A stretch of DNA of 24,015 nt from an archaeon (GCA_004212155.1 RXIG01000017.1:1-24015); one strand, 5' to 3'. Shown: positions 1 to 7,501, counted from the stretch's first letter. A program made the numbers and translations. Notes: generated by a model from the letters alone, not told the origin.

Positions 1-150
1 AAAGCATTCCCCAATGCGCTTGCGGAGGGGATAGAGGATGCCAGCTTGCATCCAGTGCGCATGCCGCTTGGCACCGCGCGCGAATGCACATGAAGAAATA
101 TGACTTTATGTGCAAAGCCCCCCATCGCTTTCGACGCTATGCCCGACGTA

Positions 151-168
151 CCGAAATACATTTATAAC
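151..168 (+). promoter_or_regulatory. Archaeal BRE-TATA promoter for the FKBP gene
   Basis: CCGAAATACA-TTTATAAC. The same pattern recurs at 6027-6042(-), 16051-16070(-) and 17147-17162(-). SD-like AAGGTGG at 244-250 precedes ATG 255. Confidence 0.6.
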
Positions 169-254
169 ACAAGACACATGTGAAGTGAAAATAACATCAG
201 ATCATCCTCTCTCACTCACTTCTGTGGAATATTGTATGCACATAAGGTGGTATA

Positions 255-1295
255 ATGGCCGAAAACGGGAACAATGAAAGGAAAATACTCGGCATCGCGA
301 TCATAGTCCTCATCATCATCGGCGGATACATCGGCTACTCGATGTTCTTGAAGGAAGAGACGGTGGGCCCCAACGATATCGTCGAGATAAACTATATCGC
401 ATGGCTCAAGGACGATGGCACCGTCTTCGCTACGACCATCGTCAACGAGAAGAACATTACCTCAGAGACCCCCCTCGATGATTCTCATCGTTACCGTTCC
501 ATGTCGATCACCATGGGACCAAGCGAACCTTCGAAGGGAACGGTCAGGGCAGTGCCGGGCCTTGAGGAGGGCTTGATGGGAATGTCGGAAGGCGAGACGA
601 AGATCATCGAGGTGCCAGCCGAGAAGGGATATGAAAAGGATCCGGAAAAGATAGCAGAGCAATCAAGGACCTGGGCAACATTCGACAAACTTCAAACGGC
701 AAGTCTCAACGAGAAGGTGCAAAGGACGCTGACGATAAACGAGTCACAGTATTCAAACACGTATGGCAAAAACGCGGAGGTGGGCGATGTCGTGCGATTG
801 CCTTCGCAAGCTGGATCGTTCCTCCCCTTCTTCACAGCAGAGGTCACCAATGTCGACCAAGGACAGGTGACGCTAACCGTGCAGGCCGAGGTTGGAACGG
901 TCATCGAGACGAAACCATGGGACTACGAGGTCACCGAAGTAACAGACACGAACATAACTCTGACCTCCCTGGCAGAGGTGGGAAACGAGTACGAGAACGC
1001 GTATGGCACCGTAGAGGTCCAGGAGATAACTGAAGACGAGGTCGTCTTCTACCAGGTGAGTTTCAAGGAAGAAATTGAGACCCCCTACGGCCCCGCAGAG
1101 ATACGAGTGGAGGATGAGCAGTTCAGCGTTTTCCTCAACCCAGAGGTAGGCAAAAAAGTAACGACCGAACAGGGCACAGGGACCATCACAGAGGTCTCAG
1201 AGGACACGTTCACCATTGACTATAACGCGCCATACAGGGGTGCCGACATCGTTTTCAAGGTACGTGTCGAGAACATCATTCAAGCTGAAGAATGA
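255..1295 (+). CDS. Membrane-anchored FKBP-type (SlyD-like) peptidyl-prolyl cis-trans isomerase with a greatly expanded insert-in-flap region
   Basis: N-terminal TM (ILGIAIIVLIIIGGYIGY). FKBP N-half: DIVEINYIAWLKDDGTVFAT ... VPGLEEGLMGMSEGETKIIEVPAEKGY. FKBP C-half: IDYNAPYRGADIVFKVRV (canonical VDFNHPLAGxxLxFxV). Confidence 0.85.
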   Translation: MAENGNNERKILGIAIIVLIIIGGYIGYSMFLKEETVGPNDIVEINYIAWLKDDGTVFATTIVNEKNITSETPLDDSHRYRSMSITMGPSEPSKGTVRAVPGLEEGLMGMSEGETKIIEVPAEKGYEKDPEKIAEQSRTWATFDKLQTASLNEKVQRTLTINESQYSNTYGKNAEVGDVVRLPSQAGSFLPFFTAEVTNVDQGQVTLTVQAEVGTVIETKPWDYEVTEVTDTNITLTSLAEVGNEYENAYGTVEVQEITEDEVVFYQVSFKEEIETPYGPAEIRVEDEQFSVFLNPEVGKKVTTEQGTGTITEVSEDTFTIDYNAPYRGADIVFKVRVENIIQAEE

Positions 1296-1308
1296 GATTC
1301 TCGCCACT

Positions 1309-1327
1309 ACTTTTTCTTCTTTATTTA
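1309..1327 (+). terminator. Oligo-T archaeal terminator after the FKBP gene
   Basis: T-rich tract (TTTTTCTTCTTTATTT) starting about 15 nt after the stop. Confidence 0.5.
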
Positions 1328-1426
1328 CCAATCAACGATTAACGAACAAATCACCATTTTGATACATAAAAAAATGAGGATTTACCCCTATAATTAAGTG
1401 ATTGTCGAAACATACTTCTTTAATTA

Positions 1427-1443
1427 CCACAAGATTTATATAT
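1427..1443 (+). promoter_or_regulatory. BRE-TATA promoter of the NCS2 permease
   Basis: CCACAAGA-TTTATATAT, which implies a TSS near 1461-1468 and a leader of about 60-65 nt. Confidence 0.6.
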
Positions 1444-1462
1444 TTTCAAAGAGAGTTAATAG

Positions 1463-1527
1463 TACCATAGATGTTTTTTTTGCGCATATATGGTAGATTT
1501 TTTAAAAAGCGCAAAAGGAGGGAAATA
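1463..1527 (+). promoter_or_regulatory. Structured 5' leader, candidate cis-regulatory RNA (pseudoknot or alternative helices over the SD)
   Basis: TACCATA 1463-1469 pairs with TATGGTA 1489-1495. TTTTGCGC 1478-1485 pairs with GCGCAAAA 1509-1516, which abuts SD GGAGG 1517-1521. Confidence 0.45.
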
Positions 1528-3003
1528 ATGGCTGAAGAAGGAAAATTCAAATACTTCACCCCCGATGAAGTATCAAAAATGAGCGTTGAGGAGCTATCGA
1601 AGCAGCGTGTTATCTATGGTATCGAAGACAAACCCCCTATGGGGGAAGCAATACTTCTTGGTGTACAGCATTATCTAACAATGTTTGGTGCGACATTTAT
1701 CATTCCTGTATTGACAGCAAGCGCTGTCGGGTTTGATGGTGTCGACACGGCACGATTAATATCATTGATGTTCTTTGTTTCCGGTATTACAACGATACTA
1801 CAGACTACATGGGGTAACAAGCTACCAATCGTTCAGGGCGGTACCTTCTCGTTCTTGCCTCCGATGTTTGTCATCACAGGTGCGGTCCTCGCACGTCCTG
1901 ATGCGACATCCGACCTTGCTATGCAAGAATTGACCGGTGCCATTATCGCAGCCTCGTTCTTCGAGATTGTGATAGGATTCAGCGGTCTGATTGGTGAGAT
2001 GAGAAGGATTCTTGGTCCGATTACTATCGCACCAACAATCGCCATGATCGGTTTGGCGCTCTACAACACAGGATTCTCCTGGTTGATGGAAGACTGGCGC
2101 GTGGGAATGGTGACACTTATCGCCATGATCGTCTACTCTCAGTTCTTGCGTTCCAAGAACAGGGCATTCTTACTCTTCCCTGTGTTGCTAGCAATATTGA
2201 CAGGATATGCATTCGCATGGATAATCACGCTCGCCGGTGTTGTCTCACAGGGCGACGCGGGATATGTCAGCACACAGGTCCTTGAGAACTCTCCATGGAT
2301 TGCGGTGCCGAAACCATTCATGTGGGGTATGCCTAAGTTTACCCTGTCGTTCATACTTGGTATGGTGGCAGGATACGTCGCCTCGATGATCGAGTCGGTC
2401 GGTGACTACATGGCAGCGGCCCGTATGTCGGGTGCACCCATCCCATCCAAGAGCCGTATCTCACGCGGTATAGGCATGGAAGGTGTCGGTTGCCTCATTG
2501 CCGGTATATTCGGTACGGGTAACGGTACGACCTCATACTCGGAGAACATTGGTGCAATAGGCCTTACGAAGGTCGGTTCACGCTACGTCATACAGATGGC
2601 GGCAATCGTGATGCTGTTACTTGGTATCTTCGGTAAGTTCGGTGGATTCTTCGGCGGTATGCCAAATCCCGTCGTAGGTGCCATGTACTGTGCACTCTTC
2701 GGTATGATCGCTGCTGTCGGTATATCGAACCTACAGTTCGTTGACCTGAACTCGTCACGCAATCTCTTTATAGTCGGTTTCGCCTTCTTTATGGGTCTTT
2801 CCGTCCCATACTGGGCAAACACAGTGACGATAGCCGAGGGCCTACCACTCTGGCAAGAAACACTGGAAGACATCGTGCTCACCATTGCAAAGACAGGTAT
2901 GGCTGTTGCAGCCATCTGTGCCGGTGTGCTCGACAACACGGTGCCAGGTACCAAAGAAGAACGAGGCCTTCTTGCGTGGGAAGACGTAGCTAGTGACACA
3001 TAA
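1528..3003 (+). CDS. NCS2/NAT-family nucleobase:cation symporter (uracil/xanthine permease family)
   Basis: TM1 QH motif (GVQHYL), LPIVQGGTFSF, ESVGDY, NAT signature TTSYSENIGAIGLTKVGSR, and many TM segments. Start moved from 1471 to ATG 1528 because AGGAGG lies just upstream. Confidence 0.95.
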   Translation: MAEEGKFKYFTPDEVSKMSVEELSKQRVIYGIEDKPPMGEAILLGVQHYLTMFGATFIIPVLTASAVGFDGVDTARLISLMFFVSGITTILQTTWGNKLPIVQGGTFSFLPPMFVITGAVLARPDATSDLAMQELTGAIIAASFFEIVIGFSGLIGEMRRILGPITIAPTIAMIGLALYNTGFSWLMEDWRVGMVTLIAMIVYSQFLRSKNRAFLLFPVLLAILTGYAFAWIITLAGVVSQGDAGYVSTQVLENSPWIAVPKPFMWGMPKFTLSFILGMVAGYVASMIESVGDYMAAARMSGAPIPSKSRISRGIGMEGVGCLIAGIFGTGNGTTSYSENIGAIGLTKVGSRYVIQMAAIVMLLLGIFGKFGGFFGGMPNPVVGAMYCALFGMIAAVGISNLQFVDLNSSRNLFIVGFAFFMGLSVPYWANTVTIAEGLPLWQETLEDIVLTIAKTGMAVAAICAGVLDNTVPGTKEERGLLAWEDVASDT

Positions 3004-3014
3004 CCCAACGCCAA

Positions 3015-3041
3015 CTCTCTTTTTCTTTTTCTCTTTTCTTT
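3015..3041 (+). terminator. Oligo-T terminator after the permease
   Basis: CTCTCTTTTTCTTTTTCTCTTTTCTTT shortly after the stop. Confidence 0.55.
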
Positions 3042-3063
3042 AATCCATCCTAATAGTGATACC

Positions 3064-3471
3064 ATGGTCGACATACGTTTCAAAAGCAAGAAGATAAAGG
3101 ATGCAAAGGAACAACGGATGCGAAAGATAGAGCTCAAACGGTACCTAGAGAGCTTTACTCCTGAAACGCGTAATCAGGCGCAACTGCTCATGAGCAAGAT
3201 ACACCAGCATCAGCACATTGCAAACAGGTATGGCTACCTTTCGTTCATCGCCATTGCGATCACCGTGGCCGGATATTCATTTGGATTGTGGGAACCAATC
3301 TACGGGAAGTTCATCATGATCGTATCAGCGGCAGCCTTTGCAGTATTCCTGTTCCTGATGGTATACACAACATACAAGACCGACAAACTCAAGCGTGAAC
3401 TGGGGGAGTTGAGAATACTAGGGCATCAGGAAAGAAAACAAAAAACTGAGGAGTCATTCATGCAACAATGA
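3064..3471 (+). CDS. Hypothetical membrane protein (2 TM helices, charged termini)
   Basis: 135-aa ORF filling the space before the convergent ttuA, with hydrophobic segments YLSFIAIAITVAGYSFGLW and FIMIVSAAAFAVFLFLMVY. Confidence 0.7.
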   Translation: MVDIRFKSKKIKDAKEQRMRKIELKRYLESFTPETRNQAQLLMSKIHQHQHIANRYGYLSFIAIAITVAGYSFGLWEPIYGKFIMIVSAAAFAVFLFLMVYTTYKTDKLKRELGELRILGHQERKQKTEESFMQQ

Positions 3472-3476
3472 ACCAC

Positions 3477-4400
3477 CTAATATCCCTTTTTCTTCTTGAT
3501 ATCGTCTATCATCTCACATTTCTTACATAATGTCGATATCGAGGGTTCGCCGCATCGCTTGCAGGTCGCGATGCTCTCGGGCGTGAACTGTTCATTGAAT
3601 ATGGGAAATAGCTTATCGTATGTCTTGAGCAGCGTGTGCTTCGTGCCTGGCCGTTTTTGCTCCATGTCGTTGAGGAAGTCGCGCACATCGTCCCTGAACG
3701 CCTCGTGTGCATACGGACACTCTTCGAAGTCGAACTCGATGCCGGAAATCACGGCATAGAGTACGAGCTCCTTTTCCGGTATCTCGCGCAGCGGTTTGAT
3801 GCGCGGGATGAACTTGGGATGCACATCCTTGTAGAACGTGCCTGTGCGCCCGAATCTGCCCATGTCCCCACGCAGCATGTTCATGAGGATCACCTGGCTC
3901 TCGTCGTCGAGATTGTGGCCAAGGGCGAGCTTGGTGCCGCCTATCTCCCGAGAGGCCTGATTGAGGATGTTGCGACGAAATACGCCACAATATGAACATG
4001 CGCCGAGGCGATCCTCGATTTGTGTGACCTCATCGAGCGTATAGCCATATGCCTCCTTGAACGAGCGTGTATGGAGCGGGACGCCTAGCTGCTTGCAGGC
4101 ACGATGGACATAGGGAAGCGAAACGTCGCGATACCCGGCAATGCCCTCATCGATGACCAGGGCAGAGAGTTCAAACTGGAACTTGGACTGAAGGTCCTTG
4201 AGCATGTGGAGCAGGACGAGTGAATCCTTGCCGCCAGAGACGCCGCATACGACATGGTCGTCACGCTCGATAAGCTTGTTGATCCGTATGGTGTCCTTGA
4301 ACTTCTTGAAGATGGAACGTGAAAAGCAACGTTTGCAAAGGTGTTGGCCAGAGTAACGGCGAAAGTATATCGCCCGATGTCCGCATGAGCACTGCTGCAT
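3477..4400 (-). CDS. ttuA: tRNA 2-thiolation protein, TtuA/Ncs6/NcsA family
   Basis: N-terminal Zn finger (CSC...LCKRCF), PP-loop SGGKDS, CSYCGVFRR, GHNLDDE, PRIKPL, CPY, and C-terminal Zn finger CKRCGEP...CKKC. Confidence 0.93.
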   Translation of the reverse strand: MQQCSCGHRAIYFRRYSGQHLCKRCFSRSIFKKFKDTIRINKLIERDDHVVCGVSGGKDSLVLLHMLKDLQSKFQFELSALVIDEGIAGYRDVSLPYVHRACKQLGVPLHTRSFKEAYGYTLDEVTQIEDRLGACSYCGVFRRNILNQASREIGGTKLALGHNLDDESQVILMNMLRGDMGRFGRTGTFYKDVHPKFIPRIKPLREIPEKELVLYAVISGIEFDFEECPYAHEAFRDDVRDFLNDMEQKRPGTKHTLLKTYDKLFPIFNEQFTPESIATCKRCGEPSISTLCKKCEMIDDIKKKKGY

Positions 4401-4403
4401 CGG

Positions 4404-4601
4404 TCACCCACCTGAAACCACGGGTATGACGCGCACCTCGTCGGCTTCGCCAACGGTCTCCTCCTCCTCGACAGGTGACCCGTTCTTAAGAACGACCGCC
4501 GTCTCGAGCGAATACCCCACTAGGGGAAGGAGATCGATGATGGTGCCCTCGTAATCGACTTCGAGTGTTTGTTTCTCTCTCATGAGCACGACCTTGACCA
4601 T
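4404..4601 (-). CDS. Ubiquitin-like sulfur carrier (MoaD/ThiS/SAMP/TtuB family), 65 aa
   Basis: MVKVVL...AVVLKNGSPVEEEETVGEADEVRVIPVVSGG, with a beta-grasp pattern and C-terminal GG. GGAGG SD before ATG 4601. The stop lies 3 bp from the ttuA start. Confidence 0.92.
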   Translation of the reverse strand: MVKVVLMREKQTLEVDYEGTIIDLLPLVGYSLETAVVLKNGSPVEEEETVGEADEVRVIPVVSGG

Positions 4602-4612
4602 TGGGGTCCCTC

Positions 4613-5803
4613 CTACATGACGTATGGTACAACGAGGCTTGCCACGATAAGCACGACGATGAGCACCGACACAAATACCGAGATGGAGCGAGCAACGCCA
4701 GCGGGAAATAGCTTCTCCATGCCCTCTCTGAAGATCCTGCCTCCGTCGAGTGGGCCGATGGGAAGCATGTTGAAAAGCCCGATGCCGACGTTGAGGAAGA
4801 ATATGTATTCGAGGCTCTTGATCACTGCCCATGATGCAGAGGAGAACGCTTCAGGGAAGACTGCTGGATCGATACCGAGAACGAGGGGGGGGTAAAGAAA
4901 CGCCACAATTGGGTTTATCGACCTCATCTGTGAACGGTCGTACGTCTGCACGCCTATATAGCCCACGTCCCGCTGGGGGTGGGTGCCAAGCTCGAATGAA
5001 AACGTTCCATGGTCGGTAACGAGCTCTATCATCGTGTTTGGGCTCGTTAGGTCCATGATGGATGAGAACGTTTCGTATGAGTCTATCCCATACGTTGTGC
5101 CGCCATACGTTATCTCCTGGATGACCATGCCCTTTTCAAGACCTGCTGCCTCCGCTGGTGTCCCAGGTTCAACGCTGGCTATGGCAAGCCCTGTTGCCGA
5201 AAGCTGTGGGATGACTGCAAGGAATATGATCGCGAACGTGATGACTGCAAGCGAGATGTTTGCCATCGAGCCTGCCGCGTAGACCTCGGACCTGCTTCGG
5301 GGCGTCGTATGCTCCATGCCCTCCTCGTCAGGCTCGACGAAGGCAAAGGGCAGGATGGCGAGTATGCCAACACCCACGGACTTGAGCGGTATGTCACGGA
5401 GGCGGGCGATGATGCCATGTGAGAACTCATGGACCACGACGACGGTCATAAGGCCGATAAGCGAATAGACGAGCGGAAGCGTCACGCCTGGTATGACGAG
5501 CTGGACACCTGTGGCAGACGAAGGCTTTTCTAAAAGCATGCGCCCAACGAAAAGGAAGTTTGAAGTAGTAAGCACCATGGCTCCTACGCCGACGATGAGG
5601 CCCACGAACGCAAAGGCCTTCCAGAAGGGGCGTGCACTCTGGGCTATTGCATCGATCACACCGGTAAGACGTTGGGTTCGGGCGATGATCTGGAAAGGGG
5701 CAACATCTATATTCCTGTCTGAGAGGTTGAACCGTTGCGCCACGGTCGCGACCAGCGACCATGCCACCACCAACACGATGATGGCCAGAAAAAGCGAATC
5801 CAA
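4613..5803 (-). CDS. Site-2 protease (M50 intramembrane Zn metalloprotease) with PDZ-like domain
   Basis: HEFSH zinc motif, AFVEPD, AAGSMAN, PDZ-like segment ASVEPGTPAEAAGLEKGMVI, and FNMLPIGPLDGG. TTG start. Confidence 0.93.
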   Translation of the reverse strand: MDSLFLAIIVLVVAWSLVATVAQRFNLSDRNIDVAPFQIIARTQRLTGVIDAIAQSARPFWKAFAFVGLIVGVGAMVLTTSNFLFVGRMLLEKPSSATGVQLVIPGVTLPLVYSLIGLMTVVVVHEFSHGIIARLRDIPLKSVGVGILAILPFAFVEPDEEGMEHTTPRSRSEVYAAGSMANISLAVITFAIIFLAVIPQLSATGLAIASVEPGTPAEAAGLEKGMVIQEITYGGTTYGIDSYETFSSIMDLTSPNTMIELVTDHGTFSFELGTHPQRDVGYIGVQTYDRSQMRSINPIVAFLYPPLVLGIDPAVFPEAFSSASWAVIKSLEYIFFLNVGIGLFNMLPIGPLDGGRIFREGMEKLFPAGVARSISVFVSVLIVVLIVASLVVPYVM

Positions 5804-5818
5804 GATACCACCGTTAGA

Positions 5819-5992
5819 CTAAAGACCCACGGCATGTAGTACGACGAAGGCTACGATAAAAACAATGCTGCCTATCACCACTGTCCTTGGACCCATCTTG
5901 ATTCCCTGTGTGTCCTCATCGAAATACCTGATGAGGCCGGCCCCTGTCGGTGGCAATGCGCCTCCCGCACTCTCTTTTTTTGACCTCGCCAT
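5819..5992 (-). CDS. secG: Preprotein translocase subunit Sec61-beta (archaeal SecG)
   Basis: Archaeal Sec61beta motif GAGLIRYFDED..IKMGP followed by one C-terminal TM. Start placed at ATG 5992. Confidence 0.92.
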   Translation of the reverse strand: MARSKKESAGGALPPTGAGLIRYFDEDTQGIKMGPRTVVIGSIVFIVAFVVLHAVGL

Positions 5993-6026
5993 AAAAATCA
6001 CTATTAAAGAGAATCATGGAAATGCG

Positions 6027-6042
6027 TATTTAAAGATTTCGG
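6027..6042 (-). promoter_or_regulatory. BRE-TATA promoter of the sec61beta-S2P-sulfur carrier-ttuA run
   Basis: Minus strand reads CCGAAATC-TTTAAATA about 35 nt upstream of ATG 5992. Confidence 0.7.
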
Positions 6043-6149
6043 TACTATATCGTGAAAAACATTCACGCGCTTTTAACATCGGGGCAAAAGAGCAACCACT
6101 GACCGTTACAGTAAAGCAAACGTTAAAAGAGTGATGCGTGTAGTATATA

Positions 6150-6170
6150 CTGCCATGGACGCCATGGCAG
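6150..6170. repeat. Perfect inverted repeat (9-bp arms) upstream of the acidic repeat protein
   Basis: CTGCCATGG-ACG-CCATGGCAG, ending just before the GGAG SD at about 6181. Confidence 0.7.
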
Positions 6171-6188
6171 ATCAATCATGGAGTTAAT

Positions 6189-6665
6189 ATGATGGACCCG
6201 GAAAAAGAATATGAAAAGGTTTCAGCTTATATCGATAAGATGGATGAACAATTTGACGAAGAAGTCGAACAATGGCTCAACAAACAGGGGCTAAGCGATG
6301 CGTACGAAAGGATAGATTCATTCCTGCACTCCCTTGAACAGGAAGCCGACAAGGATCTCGATGAATGGCTTTCAAAGAACAACATGCAGGAAGACTACAA
6401 TCGTATAATGGAGTACATGGAAAACGAGGAGCACGAGGTAGAGGACGTTGAGGAATGGCTCAAAAAAGAAGGACTCCATAAGGAGTATAAAAAAATCGAG
6501 TCGTTCATCCAATCACAGGAAGAAAAGATGGACAAGGAACTCGACGAATGGCTCAAGGAAAACGACCTTGAAGAAGAATACAAGGATATCATCGCCTTCA
6601 TGCAGGAAAAGCAGGATGAGATCGATGAAAAGATTGAACAGTGGCTAGAGGAGCAAGGATACTGA
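6189..6665 (+). CDS. Highly acidic alpha-helical protein made of five 30-31-aa tandem repeats, unknown function
   Basis: Repeat consensus x-x-x-[ED]-Y-x-[KR]-I-x-x-[FY]-[ILM]...[VLI]-[ED]-[EQ]-W-L-x-[KE]. GGAG SD upstream. Confidence 0.85.
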   Translation: MMDPEKEYEKVSAYIDKMDEQFDEEVEQWLNKQGLSDAYERIDSFLHSLEQEADKDLDEWLSKNNMQEDYNRIMEYMENEEHEVEDVEEWLKKEGLHKEYKKIESFIQSQEEKMDKELDEWLKENDLEEEYKDIIAFMQEKQDEIDEKIEQWLEEQGY

Positions 6666-6672
6666 GCAATGG

Positions 6673-7500
6673 TCACTGCATTTTTGAGAGGAACTCTATC
6701 AAGAGGAGCAAAAACACCCAGATGCAAAAGATGACCATGAAGAGATAGAGGATATATTTGAAGTATCCAAGCATCTCTGAAACGTAATTGAGGGGGCGCG
6801 AGTACATTCGTGTGGAGGCAGCTATGTGTGCGAGCGCCACCACTGCGAAGACGTATGAGAAAACGACAAGCGACTGAAAGATAAGTGGCCATGGGCGCCA
6901 TTGCGCCGATGATGCATCGAAACGAACATACCATGGTTGATCGTCCTCGAGGGGGGCATTCGTTATGAGGACGGGGTTCACGCTCTCGCCATGCGCCATG
7001 TATACGTGGGAGCCGTTCCACGATGCCTCCACCCATGTGTGTTCTGTCCCCATCACTACCTCAGCATCGTATCCTCTTTTAAGGAGCAATGTGCACATGA
7101 GCACGGCACGTCCATCACAATCATCGATTCCCTTTTGCAGCGTTTCTGAGGGGGTGGCAAGGTAATCGATGGCGTAGAACGTGGAAACGTCGGTACCGTA
7201 CGTGATGCGCGACGCGACATAACAGTACACATCATGGAACACCGTGCGCTCACCGGCAAAACATGGGGGCACAAGACCTGCATCCCTGTTGTTTTTGAAG
7301 AATTTGAACTCTGATTCGATCTGCTCCAGAGTTTGCTCATCTACACGAAGAAGCATCGCTGGTTCAACTCGGCGCTGCATCTGCTCGCCCCATAGGGCCG
7401 GGTTGAGGCACCCACCGGTAAGCAGTATGAACATGACAACTATGATGCCGACAAGTGCAGAGCGCTTCGCGACCTTTCCCCACTCAATGCTCGACTGCAG
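6673..7500 (-). CDS. Membrane/lipoprotein with transglutaminase-like (Cys-His-Asp) domain
   Basis: PSETLQKGIDDCDGRAVLMCTLL..RGY...HTWVE transglutaminase-like core, lipobox-like LLTGGC, and 2 C-terminal TMs. The start is uncertain: the frame is open to TTG 7578, with candidates CTG 7500, ATT 7488 and ATG 7434. Confidence 0.75.
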   Translation of the reverse strand: MQSSIEWGKVAKRSALVGIIVVMFILLTGGCLNPALWGEQMQRRVEPAMLLRVDEQTLEQIESEFKFFKNNRDAGLVPPCFAGERTVFHDVYCYVASRITYGTDVSTFYAIDYLATPSETLQKGIDDCDGRAVLMCTLLLKRGYDAEVVMGTEHTWVEASWNGSHVYMAHGESVNPVLITNAPLEDDQPWYVRFDASSAQWRPWPLIFQSLVVFSYVFAVVALAHIAASTRMYSRPLNYVSEMLGYFKYILYLFMVIFCIWVFLLLLIEFLSKMQ

Positions 7501-7501
7501 G

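Noticed and set aside
1-150. GC-rich stretch with small hairpins (GCATT-CCCC-AATGC 4-17, GGATGC-CAGCTT-GCATCC 36-53) as an ncRNA, or frame +1 open to TGA 91-93 as a gene end
   Set aside because: Truncated by the window edge, no tRNA, SRP or RNase P hallmark recognised, and the 30-aa frame has no recognisable motif.
1471-1527. N-terminal extension of the permease from ATG 1471
   Set aside because: The strong SD precedes ATG 1528, and the extension is a translation of T/A runs. It is kept only as a regulatory possibility.
4404-4832. 142-aa version of the sulfur-carrier ORF
   Set aside because: The first 77 codons overlap the S2P gene and spacer. The SD and beta-grasp size support a start at 4601.
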